In this document: positions 1 to 13,871 of the stretch, in pieces
Layout of the letters: each line of letters starts with the position of its first letter
Position numbering within the stretch: position 1 is the first letter of the stretch
Assembly (NCBI GenBank): GCA_964016885.1
Contig: OZ024745.1
Location: 125,860,001 to 125,924,000, forward strand
DNA: 64,000 nucleotides
From: Eledone cirrhosa
Taxonomy: Eukaryota
Direction of reading: 5' to 3'
Notes under the pieces: generated by a model
The model's database searches: none
Seen by the model: the letters and a program-made list of their open reading frames with translations, nothing else
What the model was told of the DNA's origin: nothing
Made by a program: the position numbers and the translations under genes

Positions 1-867
1 AAACAAAGAAAGGTCACATTAAACATTGAAGTCCTGGATATGCAAAAAGGACAATAGCAGACATGCCAGCCTCTAAAAACCCAAACAGGGAGTACCATGA
101 AAAAAGTAGTCCAAAACGGGAAGAAATAAGGCAAAATGGGGGAGATTTTACATAATAAAGGCTATACCTATTTTCACAAGAGAAGACATCTCTCACCCAC
201 TCCAAAGTGGGTGGGATATCTTCCCGTCCGACTGGGAGAGTTGACAGATCTGCAATATGGCAATAGCTAGAAACATCTTGGATCATAGATCTGCTCAAGC
301 AAGGCTGATATGATGATAATAGATTTTAATGTCAACTATTATACACATTATTTCTTTACTTTATTTTTACTGGTTTCCCTGGGCTTCGCCTTAAAAATTA
401 GTTGTGCCGGTTACTCGTTAATACGTTAGGTTACAATATGTTTGGTAAATGTATGATGTTAAGTTAAATAAAAAGTCTATCACAAGCTCATATCTAGGTT
501 TCAGTGACCTCTCCAATGCTTCTTTTTAGTTAATTCTACTGTGGAGCAACGTGAAATGACATATCTAGCTCAAGAATTCAACGTGCCACCCGATAAGAAG
601 AGAATTGTTAGATGTGTAATTACAGATCTTCAATAAAGAACCAATAGTAATAAAAATTGTCCAACTATGCATCCGGAAGAAGAAATGTCCGGGGTACAAA
701 TGAATCCTGGTAACCATTGAAAGAAGGAGACCTTGGGCGATAGATGGACACATATGTAGCGGCGCCGAACACGCTTCGTCCCCGAGGACGCACCTTAATT
801 TTGACAACCAAAAATCTTTTTAAAAATGACACCTTTCGGCCTTCGGGCGCATGGTAGATTTTTACGA

Positions 868-914
868 CTTACTTTAGGGAAAAAGTAGCGTCTTCGACGC
901 CGGGAAATACGGTA
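868..914. mobile_element. Terminal inverted repeat end of a Tc1/mariner-pogo-type DNA transposon remnant
   Basis: Ends ...cgtcttcgacgccgggaaatacggTA. The reverse complement TACCGTATTTCCCGGCGT resembles pogo/Tigger-type MITE termini with a TA target. Partner TIR not found. Confidence 0.45.
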
Positions 915-1116
915 TGCTTATATTTGAAATAAGGGGAGGGATGATGGATTGGCAAAGTTCCTAGATCTTCGAATAGAATTTTTTATATTATTCCTTCCGG
1001 CTATTTGCCTATCATCTTTTAGATGTCGATAAATATAGTGTCTCTCGTGTACTGGTGTTGATTCTTCCTCTGCGTATATTTCTAGCCTCCACCAACCATT
1101 CTATCTCTATTCCTAC

Positions 1117-1194
<78 letters not shown>

Positions 1195-2295
1195 CTATCT
1201 CTCTCTCTCTCTTTCTCTCTGAAAAAAATCGGCTGTGTTCAAAGAAGGATGGGAGTCGACAGGTGTTAATACCCAAGATATTGGTTGGATTAAGGATAGT
1301 TGTTGCTAAGAAAGAAATAGGAAAATGTTGGCGGTGAAATTGTAGAAAAGATCATTTTGTGTGGAGATTTCTTAGATGTTAAGTGGCAAAATCGTTAGAA
1401 CGTTGTTCTGAGTCTCTATGTTATGAGTTCTAATCCTGCCGAGATCCACTTTATCTTCCATCCTTTCATGACCAATAAAGAAAGTACTAACCAGTGTCCG
1501 AGCACCCTATTCTCCTTCCTGCTGTCACATTCTGTGCCATTGGATTAGGTGAGGGTATCTTTGTCTGCTCATGAATGCATAAGCACCTAAAGCCCTTAGT
1601 AAAAGCATGATACATACTAGCATGTCATAGACGATGGTGAGTGACGGCTGTAATTTCAGCTTCAGTAAAATATATATCAAACACACATTGTCGAAACTAA
1701 CGAAGGACCAACAGATACCTATAATTAAAACTTTTATGCTAGAAATAGCATCCTTACAATAAAATCTATAGCTGAGAGCTACAGCAGACTCTTTCGCATC
1801 AATAATCAAAAGTATCAATTGTATTTTACGCAACCGAAAAATTATATAAACTGAACACCTCAAGCGATCTATTAGCCAAGCTGATATAAATTCTTAAAAT
1901 ACACTTCTCTAAAACAACTACAAAACATTAACTTAGATACATATTAAGAAATGGCCACCTCTATCAATGAAATATTTAAATTTATACGAGGGAAATGCTT
2001 AATATATTCACGTTTATTGTTGTTTATAGAAAGAATAATAGTGGCAATTGTTAATAACTATCAAAGATAATTTGAAGAAATTGGGAATCATTCCTTCAAA
2101 ATTGATTTGGTAATTTGGGATTAAGTTTGATTTAGCTTCCCGGCAACATACATCTGTGCGCATGTTTCAGTCTATTAGATCTTATCAGCTGAATATAGTC
2201 TACTTAATTCTGCTGACAAAAAATAAAGTAAATTAGGAGAAATAACTCAAATAAGCCAATGGATAAATAATTTAAAAGGTGATGTAAATGATGAT

Positions 2296-2507
2296 TTTAC
2301 TATAGGTACAAGGCCAGCAATTTAGGGAGAGGGGAAACTCGATGAAATCGATCCCAGTATGTTACTTGAACTTTATTTTATCGATCCCATTAAGGATGAA
2401 AGGCAAAGCTAAACTCGGCAGGATTTGAACTCAGAACGAAAAGGACCGCAACTCTCTGTCGTAAAGCAGGGTGTCCGACGTTTTACTGATACTGCCAATC
2501 AACCGCC
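2296..2507 (-). mobile_element. tRNA-derived SINE (octopus OK-like family), diverged copy
   Basis: aaggatgaaaggcaaag...ggatttgaactcag (reverse B-box)...actgccaatcaaccgcc matches the family consensus seen elsewhere in the window. Confidence 0.8.
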
Positions 2508-3692
2508 CTAAGTGATGCAAATAATGACATGCGCAAATAGTTCTTAAAGAATACAAAAACCTAGCAATAATTGTTAGCATCTCTCAACAAAAAGGGGAGA
2601 TAAATTCAATATATTTAGAATTAATCTTTCCAAATTCAATTTACATGCTTAGAGGAACACTTATCGTTATTTGCGGGCAAGGGCTAACTATGAGGTTGTT
2701 TCTGTAAAATACATCTCATCAGCATATATTATCTCCTCTAGATGCTTGATAAATTGACTAAGGATAGGCTGATTTTCTTTTTGCTTAACCCTTTTAATAC
2801 AAAAACGCTTGAGACCGCCCCTAGTTCTTCGAATCGAAACTGTATATTTTAGATCTCTATATATATCTATAAACCATCCATCATAATTTTATGTAAGCAG
2901 ATTTTTTTGGCTATGGTTGAGCTAATAGTGAACATATTTCAAAGCGATTTGATAATCAGGTAGAGTCTGACTATAGAAATATGGTCCCACAGCAGGTAAT
3001 TGATATGTAGTTCGAGTCCTGACAATGGGCTTAATACACTTTTCTGTTTCAGATTGGTGCTAATAATATCTAAAATAGTAAATACCAGACAGCATTTATT
3101 TTAGGCGTTTTCCCATTTCAAACTGATTAACTCTATAATACCTCATATATGCAATGTTATATTTTCGTAGCCGAAATTGGTATCTTACACCATAATTACT
3201 GATTATGCAATATTTGGGGTTATTTGTTAGTGTTCAAATGTGTAGCCCTTAACACAATGTAATAAATCTTTCCTAAAGAAAATAATCTGAAGGTCTTATT
3301 ATCCGAAAATAATCACTTAACGTACTATTAAAATTTCATTTCGCAGTGACATGAAAGTTATGCATGCCAAATAAATACGTAACCTTTTTAAGAGGGATAT
3401 TCTTTTACGAGAGAATGTCATGTAAAAAATATACCGCTATCATTGTACAGTGGTTTTGTAAAACTGAGAAGTTACGGACACAAACAGAGAGACGGGGGGA
3501 GAGGAGAAATAGAGAGAGAAAGATTGAGTGTGTAACGAGAAATATATAGAAAATATAAGAGAGAGAGACGGGGGTGGAGTGGTGAAGGGGGAAAAACTGA
3601 TTGCGCAAGAGCAATTAGAAAGAGAAAGATTGAGATTGAAACGCAAAATATATAGAAAATATAAGAGAGAGAGGGGGGAGAGAGACATAGAC

Positions 3693-3753
<61 letters not shown>

Positions 3754-4511
3754 GAAAGAGGGAAAGAGAGAGACGTGGGAGGAGGGAGAGAAAATGATTG
3801 CGCAAGAGCAATTTGACAGAGAAAGAGTCTAAGTGTTACAAAATGTGTGTTGTGTGAGTTATTTAGTTATTTGGTTGTTATGTTACCCCGAGGACTGCAT
3901 GGAGATATATATATGAATAGATAGAGATTGGGAGTGAATGACACACTGACATACAGACAGACGGTCAGACAGACAGTCAGACAGACAGATAGACAGAGAG
4001 TCAGACAGATGGAGGTGAGATATAGATAGGAAGAAAGAATGTAACAAGAGAGAAAGAAACTGTGCGAGGAAGGGAGAGAAATAAAAAGAGTGGTAATTGA
4101 GAGAGGATTAACAGATGAAGTTTGAGGAAGAGTACATGAGTAGTAACTAAGAGTAGAATAAAAATAAAATGTCATTGCGGTATGGCAAGTGGATTGTAGT
4201 GTTTTCTAAGTAACAAAGCTGCCAGGGAAAGTTATTTGACTACATTCTAGTATATATAACATTCTAGTATTCTAGTATATATAACATTCCTTGAACATAA
4301 ATTGGTAAATGTTAACTGGAAACAAACAAGATGAAATGATCGCAAATAAACAACGAATACATGCATAAACATATACAGATATATAGTCATAGATAAATAG
4401 ATTTACAGATATATATATATAGATAGAGAGTGAGGGAGCGAGGGGGAATCATAGAGAGAGAGAGAAAGAGTGAGTCATAGATAGAGAGATCGATATATAT
4501 ATATATATATA

Positions 4512-4606
4512 TAAAGAAGAAATTAAATTAAAAGATGGTTAAAAAAGTTCCTTATATTAAAAAAGTTCCATATCTTTATTGTTCTACTATATTACTCACC
4601 TCCTAC

Positions 4607-4607
<1 letters not shown>
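4512..4607 (+). mobile_element. Tiny degenerate remnant of PLE family A between (TA)n tracts
   Basis: aaaagatggttaaaaaagttcc and ctttattg...ctcacctcctaca match the two ends of the elements at 9481 and 61375. Confidence 0.55.
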
Positions 4608-4639
<32 letters not shown>

Positions 4640-4643
<4 letters not shown>

Positions 4644-4926
4644 GAAAAAAGATGAAATCGAAAATGCAACTGGAGTCCTATTTTTAAAAAAATATATATA
4701 TTTATCTGGTTCTTTTACCGGTTTCGCAGTTCTTCTGCTTTTCAAAACTCTACTTTTGAAAAGCAGAAGAACTGCGAAACAGGTAAAGGAACCAGATAAA
4801 TATATATATATTTTTTTAAATAAGACTCCAGTTGCATTTTCGATTTCATCTTTTTTTCTTTATACTTTCACTCGTGTAGGACACCTCGGTTATTTTTCAT
4901 TTTGTAAAAAAAACCTCACTTTCTAA
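4640..4926 (+). mobile_element. PLE-like fold-back element, family C, in (TA)n
   Basis: Arms of about 108 bp (4640-4747 vs 4754-4862) are inverted, followed by an unpaired tail of about 63 bp and (TA)n. Same sequence as 36430-36634 and 50106-50313. Confidence 0.8.
4753..4789 (+). ncRNA. Minimal type I hammerhead ribozyme, U3:A8 core variant (mirror copy on minus at about 4711-4747)
   Basis: ctt-TTGAAAA-gcag aagaa ctgc-GAAA-cagg (ccgg in mirror and other copies)-TA-aag. Confidence 0.7.
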
Positions 4927-4968
4927 TATATATATATATTTATATATATATATATTTATATATATTTA

Positions 4969-5109
<141 letters not shown>

Positions 5110-6382
5110 GAGAGAGAGGGGGAGATAAAGAGAGAGAGGAAAGAGAGAATCATAGTTAGAGAGAGAGAGAAAGAGAGGAGAGGGAAAATCATATTGAGAG
5201 AGAGAGAGAATCATAGATAGACAGAGAGAGAAAGAGAGGAAAGAGAGAATTATAGATTGATAGATAGATAGACAATCAACTTGACGTCAATATTACATTA
5301 CATAAACATAATAATTTCATTTTAATCGTTTTAACTGTAAAGGGAGAAGAGACACATTACGCGACGGAATCTTTGTATTAAGTAAAAAGGAAGAGAAAAT
5401 GTGTTGTTTTAAGATGTCACAGTTAAGTTATTGTCTTCAGAAGTTACAAACTACGAAATCTGATATATGCCAAACATAAAATTGATCGTTCTGTGTTTAT
5501 TATTAAATATTTCCAAATGTATCTATGTACACTGTCGGAATTTAAACATGTAGTACATATGTGCCCTGTCCACCAGACTGTATCGTGCATAAGACTGCTT
5601 AGTTAAGCCGACACACATTCGATGTTATTTTACAGGAAAGGGTAGTACTAAAAGATACAGTTGTCGTTTGTAATGGAATATGTCTTTGGTAACATGTACC
5701 ATGTATTCGGTTTTAGATGCGTATGCAGTGGCGAGCAGATATAAACAACTTCTCGGCTCTCACCCTTCACACGATCCATTGAAATATCTAATAAGTGATA
5801 CCTGGAAAGAGAAAAAGCTGCACCAAGACTGGGCTAGTGCTTAATTTATCGACCCCAAAATGATGAAAGACAAAGGCGGGATTGGAACTCAAAACACACA
5901 GACCGGGGAAAATATTCAACGCTGTAACGACTCTGCCAAATCTGAAAGGAAAAGTTATGGGTATGCGGGTGATTTGTGCATTCGATCCTAGTGGATCCGA
6001 TCGCTCTCCAAATCTGATCATAGCCCATTTCTTGCAATGAGTAAGAGAGAGAGTGCGAGAAGGAAGAATCGAACCTAGTTATGAACTGGTACTTTATCTA
6101 TCGACTCTGAAATGATAAAAAGCAAAGTTGACCTCGAAGGGATTTGAACTCCGAGTGCAGTGATTAAATACTGATGCATCTAATCACCCGCCTTTTACAG
6201 AAATATAAATCGAATTAATCATATTATTTAAATAAGAATTATTTATAGAATATTTTCAGTGAAAAGTATATATGCGAAGAAATACCTATGATGGCTAGTA
6301 GACCACTGATGACGGATAGTCCTGGCTTCTATTTCTAATTCTTCATTTTTATATATATCCTATTTGCAACAACACAGCTCGC

Positions 6383-6457
<75 letters not shown>

Positions 6458-6744
6458 AGTAGAATTCTAGTGGTAGTCCCTCTGTTAGGATATCACTAAT
6501 TTCTATAGCAGCTCTGTACATAAACATACATTGAGCACTCTACTGATCTGTGGCAACGCCACTGAAAACACTGCTGAAAATGTGCAGAAACATGACTCAG
6601 TCGACTGTTGGAGAGGAGCCATTGTGCAGCCTTCAAAAGCAAAGAAACCTAGAAGAGTGCAACGTCTCGAAAGAAATTATAATGTCCTACATACCCAGAA
6701 AGAATTTTCTCTAATATGCTACTGATCATGATCCGTGGAGAACA

Positions 6745-6916
6745 AATAATTGTTTCTACTTTTGGCACAAGGCCAGCAATTACCCAGTGCATTATTGGTA
6801 CTTTATTTCATCGACCCCGGAAGGATGAAAGGCAAAGTTAACCTCGGCGGGATTTGAACTCAGAATGCGTCAAAGCATGGCGTCCGACCCTCTACCGATA
6901 CTGCCAATCAACCGCC
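6745..6916 (-). mobile_element. tRNA-derived SINE (OK-like)
   Basis: Near full-length match to the window consensus, with A box, B box (gagttcaaatcc) and gaaacaattatt tail. Confidence 0.9.
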
Positions 6917-7600
6917 CAAATAATGTTCCGTTCTAACTGCTCATGAATTGATAACCTTTCGGACTGGTTTGTAGATTAATAGATATAAAATCACTGTTTC
7001 TAATTTTGGCAAAGTACATAAAATTTAGGGGTAGGGAGAAGTCGATCCCGGAAATATGAAAAGTAAAGTTGGCCTCGGCGGAATTTTAACTCAAAAGGTA
7101 AGGGGCCGGAACGAGTAGCGCAAAGCATATTTTTCCGACTCGAATTTTGCTGTGCAAATCATGCGGTTTGATTCTATAGATACACACAAGATACGTTAAC
7201 ACATAATGGATATATATATGTGTGTCTACAAAGAGACAGAAAGAGAGGGGATAGAAGGGAAAAAGAGACAGACTGACAGAAAGATGCGTGTATTCATATA
7301 TTTTTTCCATGTATGAATGAATTAGTATCCTATTTATCATACCAACTACATAAGACCACCCATACTTTACATTTCTTTCTGTGTAACTTCGACGTGTTCC
7401 AAATATGATTTTTAATGTATATTCTACCTATTGTATAAGTGTAAATGTACGGAAACTGTGTCTACAAAAAATGTTTGTTATTTAATTGAAAACTATTCAT
7501 TTCACATACACAGCTAACTCTCGTGGGAATATCGTTAACATCAGCATATATATTTCATAGTTTGCTATAAATTATTTGCTTTGGTCAAAAAAATGTATGA

Positions 7601-8327
<727 letters not shown>

Positions 8328-8590
8328 AAAGTATATATTGAGTTAAGAACTCAAAATAGTCTCTTACAATAAAATAGCTCTAAGAAAGAGATATTTCCGA
8401 CCCGTATATTATAATTGAATATAAAAGAAAAACGAACACAGATACATACATATATGTGTTCAAATCGTAAGGGACCAGATTCGCTAAGGTCAAAAGTATA
8501 CTAACTATAGATAATAGAGTATGCTTGTCTCAATATAAGGAAAAAAAATCAAGAAAATAAATACAAACTGGAATTGTGGTAACTACCAAT

Positions 8591-8666
8591 CACCTAGACA
8601 GCTTTTAGTGCTGTTTCGCAATATTAATTGTGAATAGAAATACCAATTCTTGTTCATCAGTAGTTG
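8591..8666 (-). ncRNA. Type I hammerhead ribozyme (degenerate stems I and II)
   Basis: cta-CTGATGA-acaagaatt...aatattgc-GAAA-cagc actaaaa gctg-TC-tag. Confidence 0.65.
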
Positions 8667-8768
8667 ATGAATTCATCCAGACGTAAAATATCCGCGTATA
8701 GTTCGTACTATCCGTTAGGGTATAATGTGGGGCTGTAATACAGGAAAGTTTTGTGCAATTTATGTTTT

Positions 8769-9050
8769 TCAAACCGAAATTGCCTCAGATTTTTTGTTTA
8801 AGATGTAGTCTTTGGCGTAGACTATTTCCAAGGCCTCGGCGGCGCAGAGGTCACATTGTCTTTTATTACCGTTATACGATCTAGCCCTAGATATGATCTC
8901 CCAGTGTAACTTATATCGGGTGTGGTTGTCTTTTAGACTCCAGTTATAAGCTGAAAGTAACGTCATATTCCTTCTTAAAGGGTTAAGAAAGAATGGGTAT
9001 GCATGTAAAGACTACTTGAATCTATTCGCGCTTGACCCTATGTGGACCCT
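8769..9050 (-). pseudogene. PLE GIY-YIG endonuclease fragment (disrupted)
   Basis: ORF 8769-8966 carries W-x-LK, W-x-II, CxxC-x-x-E and LNKKSE motifs. An upstream YIG-like motif is separated by a stop and frameshift. Confidence 0.75.
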
Positions 9051-9205
9051 ACGGGACGTGGATGTTAGTTTCAGAAGATCCCGTTAAACACCGATTCTTT
9101 GCTTAAACTTTAATCTGTTATTTTAATAAATATATATATATATATATAGGTATATATATATATATATACACATTTATATATATATGTACAGGTATATATA
9201 TATAC

Positions 9206-9274
<69 letters not shown>

Positions 9275-9413
9275 TTTATATATATATGTACAGGTATATA
9301 TATACATTTATATATATATATATATCGTTATACTTGGGAAGGGTCATATTGTTGTAATAATATTGCCAGAAATAATAATAGAACACACTCATTGTGTGTA
9401 TATATATATACAT

Positions 9414-9484
<71 letters not shown>

Positions 9485-9607
9485 GGAGGTGAGTTTTATT
9501 GTAGTACAATAAAGCAATGCAGATATCGGATAAGAAGCCCTCTACAGTTTGTAGGACTGGAGTATGCATAATATAAGATCAAAAGATGGTTAAAGGAGTT
9601 CCATGTA

Positions 9608-9674
9608 TTTTATTATGCGCATTTCAAAAACAAACATCATCATGCAATAATATTTGTGTTTTCATCAGATAAAA
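9608..9674 (-). ncRNA. Type I hammerhead ribozyme (family A, sense copy)
   Basis: ttttat-CTGATGA-aaacacaaatattat tgc atgatgatgtttgttttt-GAAA-TGCGCA-TA-ataaaa; palindromic stem III. Confidence 0.85.
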
Positions 9675-9770
9675 CAGGAGAACATGATATGAAGGCTAAA
9701 AATCACTTGTGGATAGTGCAGTTTTAAATCAACATATGAAAAGTGGTTTTAGATTGATGTGTGATATTGG

Positions 9771-10545
9771 GAAAAATATTTTATTTAGAGAGGGGGGTGG
9801 AAAGGATGAAAAGGGAAGGAGATGAGAGGGAGAGATGGGTGATAGAGAGAAAGAGATAGTTTTTATAACTGAGAGGAGATATATTGTTTTACATAGAGAG
9901 GTTGAAAACCGTTGGAAGATAATGTATAAATTAAAAATTTTGAAAATTAACGAAGGGAGGATATGTGCGAGGAAAAAATATTTTATTTAGGGAGGGGGGG
10001 GTGGAAAGGATGAAAAAAAGGGGGAGGAGATGAGAGTGAAGGTGGAGAGGGAGAGATGGGTGATAGAGAGAAAGAGATAGTTTTTATAACTGAGAAAAAG
10101 ATATATTGTTTTAACATAGAGAGGTTGGGAACCGTTGGAAGATAATGTATAAATTAAAGGAATTTGAAAATTAACGAAGGGAATTTATGTATGAAGATAG
10201 AGAGAAAAAAATAATAATTGTGGATGAATATTCTAACGTCAAAAAAAGAAATGTATGTATTGTGGCAATTTCAAAATTAACGAAGAGAAAAATTATTAAG
10301 GTTTGTGTGTAGAAGGATTTGAGAAAAATAATGTGAAGTTAAAGTTTGTATATTGAAGGAATTGATATTATATGCGAATAAAGAGTTAATATGTATTAAT
10401 AATGAGTTCGTTGATGGGGAGAAAAAAATAATAAATTAAGGATGAAATTGAGATTAAAAAGATTTATGATAGAGAGAAAAAATAATAATGATTGCGGATG
10501 AATATTCTAACGTCAAAACAACAAATGTATATGTTATGATTTTAC
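9771..10545. repeat. Purine-rich internal tandem duplications in the PLE 3' UTR
   Basis: About 9771-9960 repeats at about 9974-10185; about 10193-10290 repeats at about 10467-10545. Confidence 0.75.
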
Positions 10546-10691
10546 AAGGTGAAGATAGAATGAGGGTAATGAGTAAACAAGTATTATAGAGTGTATAATG
10601 CCCTTTAAAGTAAGGTAGATGGGTATATTTTAAAGAGGTGTATGTATATGTGCCTTTGAGAAAAGATTCTAAATTGATAAAGAATTGAATA

Positions 10692-10997
10692 TTAACTGTA
10701 TACTTTGTGAAAAGTTCTATGGAATTTATGCAGGCAGATAGAAAACAAATCTGTGCGTCTATTTATTATAGAATCTAGGTTAGAGGTAATGGTAAATGTT
10801 TCATTTAGGCAGAGATTACAGATTTTAGATAGAGAGCTGTTCAAGTATGAGGATGCAGAAGAAATCTTCTTCCAAAAGATGGTATATTTAATGTTTTTGT
10901 CTTTTAAGGACCATATGAGTTCTGAGAGAGCAGTGTTGGTTCTTTTAAGTTTGTATTTGAAAGATGAATGATGATTATTATAATCATCATTCATCAA
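10692..10997 (-). pseudogene. PLE GIY-YIG endonuclease C-terminal fragment
   Basis: YNNHHSSFKYKLKRTNTALSELIWSLKDKNIKYTIFWKKISSASSY...CNLCLNETFTI...INRRTDLFSICLHK fits the typical PLE EN pattern H..SF / T.LS..IW.LK / CNLCL.E / NKR.EL.S.C.H. Confidence 0.85.
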
Positions 10998-11087
10998 TCA
11001 CACATCAATCTAAAACCACTTTTCATATGTTGATTTAAAACTGCACTATCCACAAGTGTTTTTTAGCCTTCATATCATGTTCTCCTG

Positions 11088-11154
11088 TTTTATCTGATGA
11101 AAACACAAATATTATTGCATGATGATGTTTGTTTTTGAAATGCGCATAATAAAA
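11088..11154 (+). ncRNA. Type I hammerhead ribozyme (family A, inverted copy)
   Basis: ttttat-CTGATGA(11094-11100)-stem II-GAAA(11137-11140)-tgcgca-TA-ataaaa. Confidence 0.85.
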
Positions 11155-11186
11155 TACATGGAACTCCTTTAACCATCTTTTGATCT

Positions 11187-11257
<71 letters not shown>

Positions 11258-11366
11258 TGTATATATATATATATATACATATATATAGGTATATATATAT
11301 ATATATACATATATATAGGTATATATATATATATATACATATATATAGGTATATATATATATTATA

Positions 11367-11561
11367 TAGGAAAAAGTATGACCCCGACGGCAGAGCTCAA
11401 GCCGTTTCGACGGCTATTTCTGGACTCCAGAAATAGCCGTCGAAACGGCTTGAGCTCTGCCGTCGGGGCCATACTTTTTCCTATTTCCCACTCTACTACT
11501 CTAAGTATTGAGTACTCTGGTGCGTTATGGTCCATCTGGTTCATTACCACAATTCCTTTGT

Positions 11562-11563
<2 letters not shown>
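11367..11563 (+). mobile_element. PLE-like fold-back element, family B (copy 1)
   Basis: Near-perfect palindrome 11367-11483 plus a tail of about 80 bp, in (TA)n. Contains the HHR 3' half GAAA-cggc ttgagctct gccg-TC. Confidence 0.8.
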
Positions 11564-11594
<31 letters not shown>

Positions 11595-11844
11595 CATAAC
11601 TACATAACTGGAGAAAGCTATTAGCGATACTCCGACCAATTTCCAACTCACTCAACAAACATTAGGAAATACCGGAGTATATTCCCAATTAAACGTTTTG
11701 AGTGCTAACTGTATTGTATTGTGTGGATAATTGGTTGTATTATTTATATGAGATATATTAAAGATTTCATGTATATATATATATATGTTCACCTGCCAAC
11801 TGTCAGAGCTAGTGAAAATATATATTTTCTAAAATATACAGTGA

Positions 11845-11945
11845 CTGATCGGCCTGATTTGCATATTAGCAGAATGGCTGATCAGTCAGATCTGCATATT
11901 AGCAAATCCACTGATCAGCCAGATTTGTATATCAGCAGACTGGCC
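11845..11945. repeat. Three diverged 33-bp tandem repeats
   Basis: ctgatcggcctgatttgcatattagcagaatgg / ctgatcagtcagatctgcatattagcaaatcca / ctgatcagccagatttgtatatcagcagactgg. Confidence 0.8.
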
Positions 11946-12402
11946 AGTTAGTTTCCTGTATACGAGCGTTCAATGGCCGGCTTTGCCATATTCAAATAAT
12001 AATTTTTTTTAAATTTCGCTCTACATGGCTGAATACAATAAATGTAATGTGAGTTTTTCGAATATTGTTTTTATCGAGATATTATTTTTATCACAGATAG
12101 AATTTCTTATTTGATTTTTTTGCAGAGTTGGGGTGACTTAGCTTGAATATTATCAGGTCGGATAAATGTTTTGCACTATTTGTTCCGCCTTTTTACATTC
12201 TGATTTATATGCCACGGAAGTCTACTTTACATTTCAATAAAATATACTATCGGTTAATTACCGGGCTCGATTTAAGTTTGTGTTAAAACACCTTCCCCAC
12301 AAATTATTCGATCTAAATTAGAAGCCATTATTCAATAGAGAAAAACGAAACATATAATCTGATAACTCTTACTTTTTTTTTTATTGTAAGTTTCATAATG
12401 TG

Positions 12403-12685
12403 AAGGCGCGTGGCTTAGTTGTTAGGGTGTTCGGCGCCCGATTGTGAAGTCGTGCGTTCGATTCCTAGCGACACGTTTTGTCCTTGAACAAGACAATGAA
12501 TATCCCACTGTAATTCAGAAGGGCCAGCCTTTTCACAATCTGCATCATGCTGAATCTTCATGAATACTACGTATGTGAACAAGAGTCTGTAGAATGTTCA
12601 ACCACTTGCATGTTATGTTCCTGAGCAAGCTGTTTAGTTGATTGAACCAACTTTATCAATCGTCTTTGAAACCGACTGAGGTCCA
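12403..12685 (+). mobile_element. Second tRNA-derived SINE family, diverged
   Basis: ggcgcgtggcttagttgttag (A box)...gttcgattcc (B box)...tgtccttgaacaagac core, shared with 30083 and 33994. Confidence 0.65.
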
Positions 12686-13010
12686 ACAACGTCATATATT
12701 ATCGTATTCAATGAATAAACAAGTCTAGGTCAGATTTATTTTGCGTCTTTCCACGGTTGATGAAATAAAATATCAGTTAAATACGGGGCCTGATTTTAAC
12801 TATGCCCCACCCATCAAAATTACTGGCCTTGTTCCTATATTAGAAACCCTTATTTTGATATTGTTGTATATTTGAATTAACAGCACTTTAGAAACAGTTT
12901 TTTATTTTTTTATTTTTACGTAAGCTGCTGTAACTTGAACAACAAAAATAGTCATAAAATCCCCAATAACAACATTATCGGGAAAATTGCTAACGAATCG
13001 TAACGGTAGA

Positions 13011-13075
<65 letters not shown>

Positions 13076-13210
13076 TCGCTCTCTGCTTGTCTGTCTCTCT
13101 CTCTATGTATCTATCTCTCACTCTGAAATCTATGCATGTATATATCTATCTCTATATATATATATGTATGTATACTTGTACGTGTGTGTGTGCGTGAGAA
13201 CGCGTGTATA

Positions 13211-13317
<107 letters not shown>

Positions 13318-13726
13318 TGTGAAATAGAATGAAGCTCCATCTGGCATCAATTATTGATATATTTTGTGAGATTTCTCACCGTGGTTAATCAGTGAATTGA
13401 AACTTTAACGACTTCGGTATTTTATCTGATAGTTTGATAAACTAATTCACAACAACTCGCAACATCGAAAGCCCTATTTCTTCGGTTAACCTTCCAGAAA
13501 TAACAGCCAAATCTACCTCGCTCACTCTCCCACATTCTTATACTCATTCTAATCACTATATAACATCATTGGTGAATATTTCCCTTTATGTTTGAATGTG
13601 TACGTGCGTGTGTGTGTGTATGTATGCAATATATATACGCACATAACACACACATACATTTATATATATATATGTGTGTGCGTATATATATATATATATA
13701 TATAGTAATAATAATAAATTTGAAGA

Positions 13727-13793
13727 GAAGATCCCGTTAAGGGTGAAAGCAGCGATTCTTTGCTTACACTTTAATCTGTTATTTTGATAAATA
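13727..13793 (+). mobile_element. PLE-like 3' end with 5'-truncated HHR (related piece at about 9073-9128)
   Basis: GAAGA-t-ccc gttaa ggg-t-GAAA-gca...tgc-TT followed by tttaatctgttatttt and (TA)n. Confidence 0.55.
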
Positions 13794-13871
13794 AATATAT
13801 ATATATATATATGTATGTATGTATATATACAGATATATATATGTATATATATACATATGTATGTATATACT

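Larger units (their letters stand above)
8327..9060 (-). mobile_element. 5'-truncated Penelope-like element (family D): GIY-YIG endonuclease remnant, HHR and 3' end abutting (TA)n
   Basis: Minus-strand peptide VHIGSSANRFK*...LSAYNWSLKDNHTRYKLHWEIISRARSYNGNKRQCDLCAAEALEIV...LNKKSE resembles the C-terminal half of PLE GIY-YIG endonucleases. The 3' region is shared with 50801-51167. Confidence 0.8.
9481..11193 (-). mobile_element. 5'-truncated Penelope-like element (family A) with inverted pseudo-LTR
   Basis: Inverted arms of about 197 bp (9569-9765 / 10997-11193), an 88 bp unpaired tail (9481-9568) with AATAAA, a GIY-YIG ORF at 10692-10997, an HHR in each arm, and (TA)n on both sides. Confidence 0.9.

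Noticed and set aside
14-298. 94-aa minus-strand ORF at the window edge
   Set aside because: No recognisable motif or splice support; possibly a transposon remnant.
6295-6335. CTGATGA-cggatagtcc hammerhead-like start (similar on minus at about 16312-16345)
   Set aside because: The GAAA and stem III segment is missing; likely a deleted relic and not supportable as a ribozyme.
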